From a virus: DNA of 35,714 nucleotides. The stretch covers positions 1 to 35,714 of the IMG/VR virus record IMGVR_UViG_3300044557_000432; one strand, given 5' to 3'. The translations under genes were made by a program, and so were the position numbers. The notes beneath the pieces were generated by a model. That model saw only the letters and a list, made by a program, of their open reading frames with translations, made no database searches and was not told the DNA's origin. This document shows positions 8,283 to 17,934 of this stretch, piece after piece. Numbering within the stretch: the first letter of the stretch is position 1; each line of letters begins with the position of its first letter.

Positions 8283-8365
8283 TTCACCTCCCTTCCTTAA
8301 CCTACTTATTCTCATAACAGAGTTATGCGAATAAAGCGAGTGGGAATCCCAGACAAAGGAACAAA

Positions 8366-8599
8366 ATGACAACCAAGTTCGCTCAGCTCGTATCCGAAGA
8401 CAAGCCCGAGAACCAGACCGCCGTAAACATCAGCTTCGTCGACGTGGATGGCAAGGCCACCAGCATCGGAGGAGGAACGCTGAAGCCGGCCGCCGCCGTC
8501 GCAGTCCCGGCCGCTGACGCCGACAACGCTGCGTTGAATTCCACCCTCACCGCCGTCATCAAGGCCCTGCAGGACTCCGGGCAGATGGCCACCGCCTGA
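8366..8599 (+). CDS. Hypothetical protein
   Basis: AAGGA RBS, 77 aa. Confidence 0.6.
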   Translation: MTTKFAQLVSEDKPENQTAVNISFVDVDGKATSIGGGTLKPAAAVAVPAADADNAALNSTLTAVIKALQDSGQMATA

Positions 8600-8895
8600 T
8601 GCCCACGCAGAGGAAGCACACCCGCGCCTTCGAGAAGGACAAGCAGCGCTTCCTCTCCGAATGCAAGGAGAAGGAAGCGCCCTGCTGGCTGTGCGGGCTT
8701 CCCATCGACTACTCGGTGTCCCCCGGCTCGAGCGACGACAGCTTCAACCTCGACCACGAGTTCCCGGTATCGAAACGACCCGAGCTGCAGTTCGACCCCG
8801 CAGGCTTCAGGCCAAGCCACCGCAGCTGCAACATACTGCGCGGCAACAAGGACCCCGAGATCAGCCTCGGAACCCTGAGCAGAAAGTGGTACTGA
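8599..8895 (+). CDS. HNH endonuclease (terminase-associated type)
   Basis: CWLCG...NLDHEFP...SHRSCNILRG; lies just upstream of terS/terL. Confidence 0.75.
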   Translation: MPTQRKHTRAFEKDKQRFLSECKEKEAPCWLCGLPIDYSVSPGSSDDSFNLDHEFPVSKRPELQFDPAGFRPSHRSCNILRGNKDPEISLGTLSRKWY

Positions 8896-8896
8896 C

Positions 8897-9115
8897 ATGA
8901 AGAGCATCGGCACCGTATCCAAGACCATCCACCTCGTGACCGACGAAGGACTCGAGCTCGGCACCTTCACCCTTCCCGTCACCATCGCAGCCGAGCCCGC
9001 GAGCGCGGCAAAAGCGAACCTCGTGGTTGCTCGGCAGAACGGCAAGCCCGATCTGGTGAGGAGAATCGTCGCCTCGCTCACAGAATCCTTGGGGGTAGGG
9101 GCGGTCGAATCCTAA
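8897..9115 (+). CDS. Hypothetical protein
   Basis: 72 aa ORF in the operon. Confidence 0.55.
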   Translation: MKSIGTVSKTIHLVTDEGLELGTFTLPVTIAAEPASAAKANLVVARQNGKPDLVRRIVASLTESLGVGAVES

Positions 9116-9236
9116 ATAGGCTGTTTCGCGGACTACCTCCCGCGCCGTGATCTTCCTCTCCCCCCGAGGTTTTCCTGACCGGGGGTCGCGCGCGCGAAAT
9201 GAGGTGCCGTTCGCTGTTTTTCATTGATTTTCAGGG

Positions 9237-9593
9237 GTGATTCACGTGGTTTCAGCGCAGAAAAAAGAGAAATTCCCCGACCAGTTTGTCATCGACGCGT
9301 TGGAGCGGAGCCTGCGGAACGCGAAGCATCTGCGCGCCGAGCATTCGGCGCTGGTGGCGACGGCGCGCATGATCGCGAACCGGCTCGACTACCTCGCGGC
9401 CCACGATTTCATGGTCGACGGGAAATTCGACAACGTCACTCTTCCCACTTTCCTGAAGTATCTCGATTCCCTGGGCCTGACGATCCATGTGGAGAAGGCG
9501 AAACCCGAGAAGAGCGAGAAGAAGACGGCACCGAACCCAAGGAACGACATCCAGGCTTTCCTCGACAAGCATCCCAGAACCCAAGCGGTGTGA
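9237..9593 (+). CDS. Terminase small subunit (call based on position)
   Basis: 118 aa ORF immediately upstream of terL, after a 120-bp non-coding region. Confidence 0.55.
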   Translation: MIHVVSAQKKEKFPDQFVIDALERSLRNAKHLRAEHSALVATARMIANRLDYLAAHDFMVDGKFDNVTLPTFLKYLDSLGLTIHVEKAKPEKSEKKTAPNPRNDIQAFLDKHPRTQAV

Positions 9594-9607
9594 ACCGGAG
9601 GTGAGAG

Positions 9608-11185
9608 ATGGCGTCACAGGCTTTCGGAAAGACCGAGGCGCGAATCTTCACCCCGCCATTGCGCAAGCTCACGCCAGAGACCACTCTGGGCTACGAGGTC
9701 ATCGACTTCGCCGAGCAGGTGCTCCACGTGGATCTGTACCCGTGGCAGAAATGGCTTCTCATCCATGCACTCGAACTCAAACCCGACGGCTCCTACCGCT
9801 TCCGCAAGGTCATCGTTGAAGTCGCCCGCCAGAACGGCAAGACCACACTCATGGGCGTGCTCGCCGCGTGGTGGCTCTTCATCGACTCCAACAGGTGGCC
9901 GCAGAAGGTTCCGCCCAGCAAGTTCCTCATCGTCGGAGCCGCCCAGACCCTCGACAACGCCAAAGGCCCCTACAGCCAGGTCAAAACATGGTGCAACCCG
10001 ATTCCAGAGACCGAGGAGGACAACGAGCTCGCCATCCCCGCCCTACAGGCCATCACCGGCAAGATCAGCAACGTCAACGGCGAAGAGGAGATCCCCACGA
10101 GGCGCAGAGCACGCTACATCGTGCGCGCCGCCAACAACATCCGCTCCAAATCCGCCTCGAAAGCCGTCTTCGACGAGCTGCGCGAACAGCACAAGGAGGA
10201 CGGATGGAACGCCGTGTCCCAGATCACCAAGGCGATCTGGAGCGGCCAGCTGTGGGGCATCAGCAACGCCGGCGACTACCGCAGCATCGTATTGAAGAAG
10301 CAGGTGGAGAAAGGCCGCGCTCTCGTTCGAGCTTGGCACGAGTTCGTCGACGCGGGAATCCAAAACATCGAGGACTGGCTCGAAAACAACGACGGCAGCT
10401 TCGGCTTCTTCGAATGGAGCGCGGTGGAGAACTGCCCCGTCGACGACGAGGAAGGCATACTCCACGCCAATCCCTCCATCGGATACGGGCCCATGAGCGT
10501 CCAAAGCATCCGCAGCGACATCGACGGCATGACCGAAGCCGCCTTCCGCACCGAGGTCCTGTGCCAATGGGTCACCGCAGACATCGAACCCTACATCGAC
10601 CCGAAGCTGTGGAAACGCGGCATCGACGAGAACAGCGAGATAGCACCTGGCAACCGCATCGTGCTGGGAATCGACGTCTCCGACGACCGCTCCACCACAT
10701 GGATCTCCGCGGCAGGATACCGCGCCGACGGACTCCCCCACGTCGAAGCGATCCTGCGGCGCGCAGGAATGATGTGGGTCCCCAAGGTCCTCGAAGCAAT
10801 ACAAGAAACCAACCCCACCATCACCGAGGTCGCCATCCAAGGCAAAGGCTGCCCCGCGAGCGATCTCATCGACCCTCTCGTCGAAAAAGGCTGGACCGTG
10901 CACCGCGTCGAAGGCAGCAAGCTGGGCAGCGCAACCGGACGGATCAACGACCGCACCAGAGAAGGCAAGCTCAGGCATCTGCCACAGCCCGCCATCGACG
11001 CCCAGGTCAGCGCGGCGATCATCCGCAGGCTCGGCGAAGCCGTCGTGTGGAACCGGCGCGACGCGCCCATCCAGATATCCGGTCTGGTCGCCGAATCCTA
11101 CGCGCTCTTCGCCCTGGAGGCGGAGCAGCCCGAGCAGCAGAAATTCGAATCCTCGTACGCGACGGTGCCCTTCGTCACAATCTGA
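9608..11185 (+). CDS. Terminase large subunit
   Basis: 525 aa; Walker A-like VEVARQNGKTTL typical of Terminase_1-type large subunits; size and position fit. Confidence 0.9.
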   Translation: MASQAFGKTEARIFTPPLRKLTPETTLGYEVIDFAEQVLHVDLYPWQKWLLIHALELKPDGSYRFRKVIVEVARQNGKTTLMGVLAAWWLFIDSNRWPQKVPPSKFLIVGAAQTLDNAKGPYSQVKTWCNPIPETEEDNELAIPALQAITGKISNVNGEEEIPTRRRARYIVRAANNIRSKSASKAVFDELREQHKEDGWNAVSQITKAIWSGQLWGISNAGDYRSIVLKKQVEKGRALVRAWHEFVDAGIQNIEDWLENNDGSFGFFEWSAVENCPVDDEEGILHANPSIGYGPMSVQSIRSDIDGMTEAAFRTEVLCQWVTADIEPYIDPKLWKRGIDENSEIAPGNRIVLGIDVSDDRSTTWISAAGYRADGLPHVEAILRRAGMMWVPKVLEAIQETNPTITEVAIQGKGCPASDLIDPLVEKGWTVHRVEGSKLGSATGRINDRTREGKLRHLPQPAIDAQVSAAIIRRLGEAVVWNRRDAPIQISGLVAESYALFALEAEQPEQQKFESSYATVPFVTI

Positions 11186-11203
11186 CCTTCGGAAGGAGGC
11201 TCC

Positions 11204-12514
11204 ATGGGACTCTTCGACCGATTCCTCAAGAAATCACCCTTCGCCCCACTCATCGGAACCCAGACCATAGGACGGCCCGAGGGAAACTTCCCGCCGATCC
11301 AGATCGCGGACCCGGGAACCCCGCTTCTCTCGTACGCTCCGGGAAACAGCGTGTACGAGACCGAGCTCGCGGTGCGCGACGTCATCAGCTTCATCGCCTC
11401 CAACATCGCGTCGATCCCCTTCAAGGTGTACCGGAAGAAAAGCAACGGGGACCGCGAGGAGGCCGACGGCACGCTGCTCTCCGATCTTCTCCAACGTCCC
11501 AACCGCAGGCTCACCCGCTACCGGCTCTTCGACAGGCTCATCAAGAACGGCCTCATCTACGACCGCTGGCTCTGCCTTCTCGGCGACACCGTGCAGGGGC
11601 TCGAGCTGCGCCCCATTCCCGACCGAAACTTCTCTCTTCTTGGCAACACGATGGACGAGATCATCGGCGTGAGGGTCTACGACGACTACGCCGACGCCAC
11701 GAACGGCATGCTTTTCCCCTATCCGGAATCCCCCGCAGTGGTGCTCGACGTCGGATTCTCCAGCAGCGGAGTCGATGGCTCGCCGATCTCGGACACGCTC
11801 AAACCGTATCTTCAGCTCATCCGCATCATGACCGAATACCGTGCCGCGATCGGCGATAACGGTGGCCGCATCCCCGCCTACATCTCGCGTGACAAGGACA
11901 TGCCCTGGCCGAGCAAGGAGGCTCAGGACGCCTTCGTGCAGGGCATGCGCAAATACGTGCATGGCGGAGGCTCCGAAGGGGGTTGGCCGCTCCTCAACGA
12001 CGGCATGGCCATCCATCCGGTCGACGCTTTCAAACCCATCGACATGAACGATCTCGAAGCCAGCGAGAAGATCCGCATCTCGGTCGCCAACGCCTTCCAC
12101 ATCAGTCCGGAGAACCTCGGATTCCGTTCGGGAACGAACTCCAACGTCAGCGCCTTCAAGGAGCAGCTGTGGAACGTGGAGCTCATGCCCTACATCGTGG
12201 CCTTCGAACAGGCCCTCAACCACGCGCTGCCGCTCTCGGTGCCCGGTTCCGAAGGCCTCTACATCGAAGCGAACATCGACGCGAAGCTGCGCGGCACTCT
12301 GGAGACCCAGTACGCGGCGTTCTCCACCGCTTCGGGCAGGCCCTTCCTCTCCACCAACGATGTGCGGACCATGCTCAACAAACCCAAGGTCGACGGCGGA
12401 GACGACATCATCACCCCGCTCAACGTCACCACAGGAAACCAGCCAAGCCCCCAGGACGGGGGCCGCACGCAGAACGCCCAGACCAACACAAGCCCCAACG
12501 GAGGCAGCAGATGA
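11204..12514 (+). CDS. Portal protein (HK97-type)
   Basis: 436 aa after terL, GGAAGGAGG RBS. Confidence 0.85.
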   Translation: MGLFDRFLKKSPFAPLIGTQTIGRPEGNFPPIQIADPGTPLLSYAPGNSVYETELAVRDVISFIASNIASIPFKVYRKKSNGDREEADGTLLSDLLQRPNRRLTRYRLFDRLIKNGLIYDRWLCLLGDTVQGLELRPIPDRNFSLLGNTMDEIIGVRVYDDYADATNGMLFPYPESPAVVLDVGFSSSGVDGSPISDTLKPYLQLIRIMTEYRAAIGDNGGRIPAYISRDKDMPWPSKEAQDAFVQGMRKYVHGGGSEGGWPLLNDGMAIHPVDAFKPIDMNDLEASEKIRISVANAFHISPENLGFRSGTNSNVSAFKEQLWNVELMPYIVAFEQALNHALPLSVPGSEGLYIEANIDAKLRGTLETQYAAFSTASGRPFLSTNDVRTMLNKPKVDGGDDIITPLNVTTGNQPSPQDGGRTQNAQTNTSPNGGSR

Positions 12515-13227
12515 AAATGGAATACCTTTCCTTCGAAGTGAAAACGGGAGAAAACGCCGAAACAGGCACTTTCACCGGCTACGCCTCCACCTTCGGCAAC
12601 AAGGACCTCCAAGGAGACGTCATGCTCAAGGGGGCCTTCACCGAAACCCTCGCCACGTACGGGGAATCTGGAGCCGGTATTCCTATTCATTGGGAGCACA
12701 GCTCGGAAACCCCGATGATGATCATCGGCAGCACTCGCAGCGCGGTCGAGGACGAGAAGGGACTTCTCATCGAAGGCAAAATCGACCTCGACACCGACAC
12801 CGGAAAACGCGCCTACCAGCTCCTCCAGGATGGTCGCATCCATCAGATGAGCATCGGATACGTGCCCGAGGAGACCGCTTGGGTCAAATCCGACGACGAC
12901 GGCATCTTCGGAGGGCACAGGGAGCTGCGCAAGGTGAAGCTCTTCGAGATCTCCATCGTCCAGATGGCCGCCAACCAGAGCGCGGAGATCCTCGAAGTGA
13001 AATCAGGACGCGCCATCAGCAAGGCGAACGAGGAGAAGCTGCGCAGCGTCCACACCATCATCTCCGAGATCCTCAAGGGTCTCGACACCGATTCGAACCC
13101 CACACCAGAAGACGACCCCGAGCCCGAAAAGGACGAAGGGAAGAAGCCCGGCGACAGCAAATCGCTGGAAACCATCAAAAAGGCCCGCGAGATCCTCGCC
13201 GGCATCACCATCACAGAAAAGGAGTGA
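12511..13227 (+). CDS. Prohead (capsid maturation) protease, HK97 family
   Basis: FTGYASTFGNKDLQGDVMLKGAF ... LFEISIVQMAANQSA; ATGA overlap with the portal gene. Confidence 0.85.
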   Translation: MKMEYLSFEVKTGENAETGTFTGYASTFGNKDLQGDVMLKGAFTETLATYGESGAGIPIHWEHSSETPMMIIGSTRSAVEDEKGLLIEGKIDLDTDTGKRAYQLLQDGRIHQMSIGYVPEETAWVKSDDDGIFGGHRELRKVKLFEISIVQMAANQSAEILEVKSGRAISKANEEKLRSVHTIISEILKGLDTDSNPTPEDDPEPEKDEGKKPGDSKSLETIKKAREILAGITITEKE

Positions 13228-13230
13228 TCC

Positions 13231-14451
13231 ATGAACAAGCTCATGGAAATGATCGCCGCCGAGAAGAAGGCGGCCGAAGCCATCCTCGAAGGAAAGGCCC
13301 CGGAGAACCTCACCGCGGCCGAGGTCGAGGAATTCACCGCGCACGTCAAGAAGGCGGACGAGCTCAACAAGAAGCACCTCGAGCTCAAATCCGCCTCCGA
13401 GACCCTCGACGGCATCGCCACAGAAACGGCAGACAAGCCCGGCATCGCGCACGTCAAGCACGAGTCCCTGGGCAAGGCCTTCGTCCACTCCGACCAGTAC
13501 CGCGAATTCCGCAAGTCGCACCGCACCGGATTCGAATCCAAGAACGATGCAGTCAACCTCAAATTCAAGGCCGAAGGCGACCCCGCGGAGCCACCGGCCC
13601 CGCTCAACACCACCGACCACGGCAACACCGCTCCCCTGCGGCTCCCCGGAATCGAAGACGTCACCTACCGTCGGCCCAACACGCTGCTCCAGCTCATCAC
13701 CCAGGGCACCACCAACGCCCCGTGGATCCAGTACCGTCAGCTCACCGCGGTGACCAACAACGCGAAGATCACCAAGGAATCCAAGACCACCACGGCCACC
13801 GAATCCCTCAAACCGCTCTCCACGCTCACCACGCGCACCGAGGACGCGGTGGCCTACACCTACGCCGACGGCGTCGAAGCCACCAACCAGGAGCTCACCG
13901 ATGACGGCGCGCTGGCGGCGCTCATCGATGGAATCCTGCGCCAGAACCTCACCGACACCATCGAGGACAAGATTCTCAACGGTGCCGGCGGATCCGACGA
14001 ACCCACTGGCATCCTCAACACCACGGGGCTGCTCGAACAGGCGTTCGACACCGACATCTTCACCACGGTGCGCCGCGCGAAGACCGCGCTTTTGAACACG
14101 TCGCGCACGATCCCGCAGGCCCTGCTCCTCAATCCGGAGGACAACGAGGCCATCGATCTCACCAAGGACGCCGAAGGCCGCTTCTACGGGGCCGGACCGT
14201 TCGCCGCCACGGTTCCCACGCTGTGGGCCGTGCCGCGCATCGAGTCCGCGGTCATTCCCAAGGGGACCGCGCTGATGGGCGATTTCAGCCAGGTGCAGCT
14301 CCTCGTGTACGAGGCATTGAGCGTCGTCGCTTTCAACCAGCACAAGGACTACGCGCAGCGCAACCTCACCTACATCCGCGCCGAGCTGCGCGCCCTGCAG
14401 CTGATCCGCCAGCCCGCCAAGCTGGCCCGCATCAGCCTCGCCAAGGCATAA
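13231..14451 (+). CDS. Major capsid protein, HK97 fold
   Basis: 406 aa with a coiled-coil delta-like N-terminus, following the protease. Confidence 0.85.
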   Translation: MNKLMEMIAAEKKAAEAILEGKAPENLTAAEVEEFTAHVKKADELNKKHLELKSASETLDGIATETADKPGIAHVKHESLGKAFVHSDQYREFRKSHRTGFESKNDAVNLKFKAEGDPAEPPAPLNTTDHGNTAPLRLPGIEDVTYRRPNTLLQLITQGTTNAPWIQYRQLTAVTNNAKITKESKTTTATESLKPLSTLTTRTEDAVAYTYADGVEATNQELTDDGALAALIDGILRQNLTDTIEDKILNGAGGSDEPTGILNTTGLLEQAFDTDIFTTVRRAKTALLNTSRTIPQALLLNPEDNEAIDLTKDAEGRFYGAGPFAATVPTLWAVPRIESAVIPKGTALMGDFSQVQLLVYEALSVVAFNQHKDYAQRNLTYIRAELRALQLIRQPAKLARISLAKA

Positions 14452-14461
14452 GGAGAAAACG

Positions 14462-15001
14462 ATGCTTGAAACAACGAAGCTCGTGGACATCGTCGCCGAT
14501 TTCACGAGCATCGACGCGGGGTTCTGGGTGAGAGCGGCCCAGCGCAGGGCCCGCGCCTACTGCGGATGGCATATCGCTCCCAGCCTCACGCTCACGGGAA
14601 CGCTGAACACCACGGGAGGGCGTATCCTGCGCCTTCCCGCCAAGAAGCTCACGAATCTGGTCTCGCTCACCGACCGCTGGGGCAACGATCTGCTGCACGA
14701 AACGGTGTGGAGCGAGGACGGACTCCTCGAATTCACCTCGGGCCGCACTCCCGTGGGAGTGGCAGCGCTGCGCTACGAGATGGAAGCGGGCTACGAGCTC
14801 GACGACGTCTCCGACGTGGTGAGCGTGATCATCCAATCCTCCAGGCGCGCGATGAACGCCCCGGCGGGCACGGTGAAATCGCAGTCGGTCAATGGTGCCA
14901 GCGTCAGCTACGCTTTCGGCGAGGACGGGCCCGCAAGCGTGAGGATGCTGCAGAGCGAATACGAGATCCTCGACTTCTACAAGCTGGAGGCCCTGCCATG
15001 A
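14462..15001 (+). CDS. Head-tail connector/adaptor protein
   Basis: Position after the capsid gene, 179 aa. Confidence 0.5.
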   Translation: MLETTKLVDIVADFTSIDAGFWVRAAQRRARAYCGWHIAPSLTLTGTLNTTGGRILRLPAKKLTNLVSLTDRWGNDLLHETVWSEDGLLEFTSGRTPVGVAALRYEMEAGYELDDVSDVVSVIIQSSRRAMNAPAGTVKSQSVNGASVSYAFGEDGPASVRMLQSEYEILDFYKLEALP

Positions 15002-15390
15002 CCAGCATCGCGGATCTCCTCACCGGCTCGGCAGGATTCACCATGGACTCCCTCACACCGCTCCTGCGGTACCGGCTGGAACGAAAAACAGACCCCTACA
15101 ATCCAGCGACAACCATCGGTTCAGGTTTCGGAAAACCGCTCAAATTCAACGGTTTCATCGCGTCCTCGTCGAGCACGCAGTCCCAGGACGGGGCGCGCGA
15201 GACGACCGATTCCACAGCGGTCCTCACGATTCCGGACCCGGCCGCGGATATCCATGTGGGCGACGAGATCACCACCGACCCCGACGATGGCCGCCGCTGG
15301 CGCGTGAAAGGCTTTCCCTCACACGAGGCGAACCCCTTCACGGCTTGGAATCCCACACTCGAATGCGCTTTGGAGGAGGTAAGAGGCTGA
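14998..15390 (+). CDS. Head closure / head-tail joining protein
   Basis: ATGA overlap, 130 aa, position. Confidence 0.5.
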   Translation: MTSIADLLTGSAGFTMDSLTPLLRYRLERKTDPYNPATTIGSGFGKPLKFNGFIASSSSTQSQDGARETTDSTAVLTIPDPAADIHVGDEITTDPDDGRRWRVKGFPSHEANPFTAWNPTLECALEEVRG

Positions 15391-15680
15391 TGCCGGCAGC
15401 AGGACAGACCACCGTCGATTTCAACCAAAAGTATTTCGACCGCATCCTCAAATCCGCAGGAATCGTCAACCTCACGAAGAAGAAAGCGGAGCAAGCGGCC
15501 AAGATAGCGCGTTCGACCGCCCCCGTTGACACCGGAAGCTACCGGGACCAGATCGAGGTGGAGCGCGCTGAATTCCGATACAGAACCGGCTTCCACGTCG
15601 TCGGGCATGATCCCAAAAGCCTTCTGATAGAAGCGAAGACCGGTAACCTCGCACGCGCTTTGAAGAAGGTGCGCTCATGA
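15390..15680 (+). CDS. HK97 gp10-like head-tail component
   Basis: AKIARSTAPVDTGSYRDQI matches the gp10-family TG motif; TGATG overlap. Confidence 0.6.
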   Translation: MPAAGQTTVDFNQKYFDRILKSAGIVNLTKKKAEQAAKIARSTAPVDTGSYRDQIEVERAEFRYRTGFHVVGHDPKSLLIEAKTGNLARALKKVRS

Positions 15681-16090
15681 GCCTCGTCATGCCACCCGAC
15701 ATGGAGATGTGGGCCACCACGTATCTGCGAGAGAAGCTCACCGACGTGACCGGCCTGCAGATCGACAACAAGGTGCCCAATGACTATCGGGGTGGCTTCC
15801 CGCTCGTCACCATCCGCGACGATTCGGGCACTCAGACCGAGATCGTCACCTACGAGCGTTCCCTCGGAGTCACCATCTACATGGGGCCCCTGCAGGACGT
15901 GGAGGGCGCGCGCAGCCTTGCGCGCAGGGTGTACGCGCTCCTGACGGACCCGATGATCGCCCTCGAAGAGAACCCCATCACAGCGATCGACTACGACGGC
16001 TGCAACGGCCCCTACCAGATCACTGATTCACAGCATGCGGCCAGCCAGTATCTCACGGTCGCCTATTCCGTGGTCGGGGAAATCCTCTGA
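15677..16090 (+). CDS. Tail terminator / tail completion protein
   Basis: Position directly before the major tail protein, 137 aa. Confidence 0.45.
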   Translation: MSLVMPPDMEMWATTYLREKLTDVTGLQIDNKVPNDYRGGFPLVTIRDDSGTQTEIVTYERSLGVTIYMGPLQDVEGARSLARRVYALLTDPMIALEENPITAIDYDGCNGPYQITDSQHAASQYLTVAYSVVGEIL

Positions 16091-16154
16091 CCATCAGCAA
16101 CAAAATCTCCGAGCCTCGCATCTGCGGGGCTTTTCTCATATGAAAGGAAAACGC

Positions 16155-17012
16155 ATGACAGCAGATGCAGACGGCAACGATTTGAAAGCGGTACCGATTC
16201 CGGTCACCGGCTTCCTCGCGGTCCAGCTCGAGGGGGAACCCACGTATCTCGAATCCGAGGCACTGGGGGTGACACCTCTCGAGATGCCCGAGGGATATCA
16301 GAAGGCGGGGCTCTTCACCAGTGACGGTGGTCCTCAGGACGGTGGTGACAAGGAAGACGACATCGAGTTCTTCCAGGATGGATACAAGCTCGGTGGAGCG
16401 AAGACCCGCACCCTGCAGGTCACCCTCGCCGAACTTAACGACATCGTGGAGAAGCTCATCACCGGCAAGACCCCGGATGAGAACGGCGTCATTGTCGTCG
16501 ACGGCGATAATGACGCGACTTTCCCCGGCTTCGAGGTCATCAAGTACAAGAACGGTGACGAGACCCGCCGCAACGGTTTGATGCGCGTGAGCACGGTCGA
16601 ACCCGGTCAGAACGAGCGTGGCAGCGTCAACGGCAACGCGGTGACCTTCGATTGGCTCCGTCAGGACGAGCTCGGCGGCTTCTACCGCGAATGGCGCAAG
16701 AACCGTGCCAAGGGCGGAACCACAAACCCCAGTGATCCCACGACCGTAGCCGTGACTGGAGTCACCGTGGCTCCGACGACGGCATCGGTGGAAGTGGGTA
16801 AAACGATCAGCCTCACGGCAACGGTCGCTCCAGCCGACGCCACGGAGAAATCGGTGACATGGAAATCCTCGGATGAGGAAACCGCCACCGTCGATTCCAG
16901 TGGCAAAGTCACCGGAGTGAAAGCCGGCACAGCCGACGTCACGGCGACCACCAAGGACGGAAGCAAAACCGTCAAGGCCACGCTCACCGTCACCGCAGCC
17001 ACCGAAGGCTGA
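16155..17012 (+). CDS. Major tail protein with C-terminal Ig-like (Big_2) domain
   Basis: VTGVTVAPTTASVEVGKTISLTATVAPADATEKSVTWKSSDEETATVDSSGKVTGVKAGTADVTATT is Big_2-like; position fits. Confidence 0.8.
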   Translation: MTADADGNDLKAVPIPVTGFLAVQLEGEPTYLESEALGVTPLEMPEGYQKAGLFTSDGGPQDGGDKEDDIEFFQDGYKLGGAKTRTLQVTLAELNDIVEKLITGKTPDENGVIVVDGDNDATFPGFEVIKYKNGDETRRNGLMRVSTVEPGQNERGSVNGNAVTFDWLRQDELGGFYREWRKNRAKGGTTNPSDPTTVAVTGVTVAPTTASVEVGKTISLTATVAPADATEKSVTWKSSDEETATVDSSGKVTGVKAGTADVTATTKDGSKTVKATLTVTAATEG

Positions 17013-17024
17013 TACGACAATCGT

Positions 17025-17075
17025 CCCCGCATCGAGTCCGTTTCATGGTCTCACCCGATGCGGGGATTCTCTTTG
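17025..17075 (+). terminator. Hairpin plus T-rich tail after the major tail gene
   Basis: CCCCGCATCG (17025-17034) pairs with CGATGCGGGG (17056-17065), followed by attctctttg. Confidence 0.45.
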
Positions 17076-17109
17076 AAACCGAGACCATGAAATCCATGAA
17101 AGGCACAAA

Positions 17110-17553
17110 ATGACAGACCCAACCCCCACAGCGGTCCCCGTGGAAGAAACCGAATCCGGCGCACTCAACGTCCCCACGCTCGAAACCACATCCGAGGAAA
17201 CCTACACCGACGCCGAATTCGACGCCTTCACCGACGACATGGCCGACCAAGCCATCGACGCGATCTCCGCCGGCATCAAAATCCGCTATCTCGTCACCGA
17301 AGCAAACTTCATCGCGAAACTCTCCACCAACGAGATCGTCAAAATCCCCCTCATCATCAAACTCAAGGACCTCGAATCGGTCGAACAGTTCAGCGACGAC
17401 TCCGTCCGACAATTCAAGGAACTCCTCCACGTGTTCACCACCGACACGGAAGTCAACAAGATCGAAAACGCACCCTACCCCGAAGCGTTGGCGATCTCAC
17501 GCAAATACTTCGACCTGTTCACCAAGCTCGCGCAGGCGTCGGTGGGGAAATAA
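17110..17553 (+). CDS. Tail assembly chaperone (G-like)
   Basis: Acidic 147-aa protein between the major tail protein and the tape measure. Confidence 0.75.
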   Translation: MTDPTPTAVPVEETESGALNVPTLETTSEETYTDAEFDAFTDDMADQAIDAISAGIKIRYLVTEANFIAKLSTNEIVKIPLIIKLKDLESVEQFSDDSVRQFKELLHVFTTDTEVNKIENAPYPEALAISRKYFDLFTKLAQASVGK

Positions 17554-17918
17554 CCTTCGTCGCCGAGATCCACAGGCAGAACCCCGTGGAGTTCGCGGCG
17601 ACGATGCGCAGCAAATACGGGGTCTCCGCATACGACATCGGAGACTCCATCACCTATGGCGAGGCCTATGACCTCACCGTCCAGGCGCTCGAGGACACCA
17701 ACACCACGCTCGCGGCCGTATACAACGGATGGGCCTATCCCTCCTCGCTCATCGACCTGCTCTCTCTCGCTTCGAGCGTGGGAGACAAGAAGGCGTTCGA
17801 GAAAGCGAGCCCCTGGGGCATGCAGGCCCAGCTGAAAGCCCGCGAAGAGCGCGCGGTGACCAGTGCGGAAATCGAGCAGGCGCAGGCCGAGCTCGAGCAA
17901 GAAATCATCATCCGATAA
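17110..17918 (+). CDS. Tail assembly chaperone, -1 frameshift extension product (G-T-like)
   Basis: The -1 frame is open from 17541 through the GTG at 17586 to 17918; GGGGAAA (17544-17550) abuts the TAA stop. Confidence 0.55.
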
Positions 17919-17934
17919 CCTTTGGAGGCCCTTC

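Noticed and set aside
9765-13904. Very long alternative-frame ORFs overlapping terL, portal, protease and capsid (9868-11859, 11983-13227 upstream part, 12360-13904), together with reverse-strand ORFs such as 13003-14511 and 18874-20727
   Set aside because: Their translations are Arg/Pro/His/Gly-rich low-complexity strings, typical of off-frame reading of high-GC DNA. The in-frame genes have recognisable motifs, RBSs and stop/start coupling.
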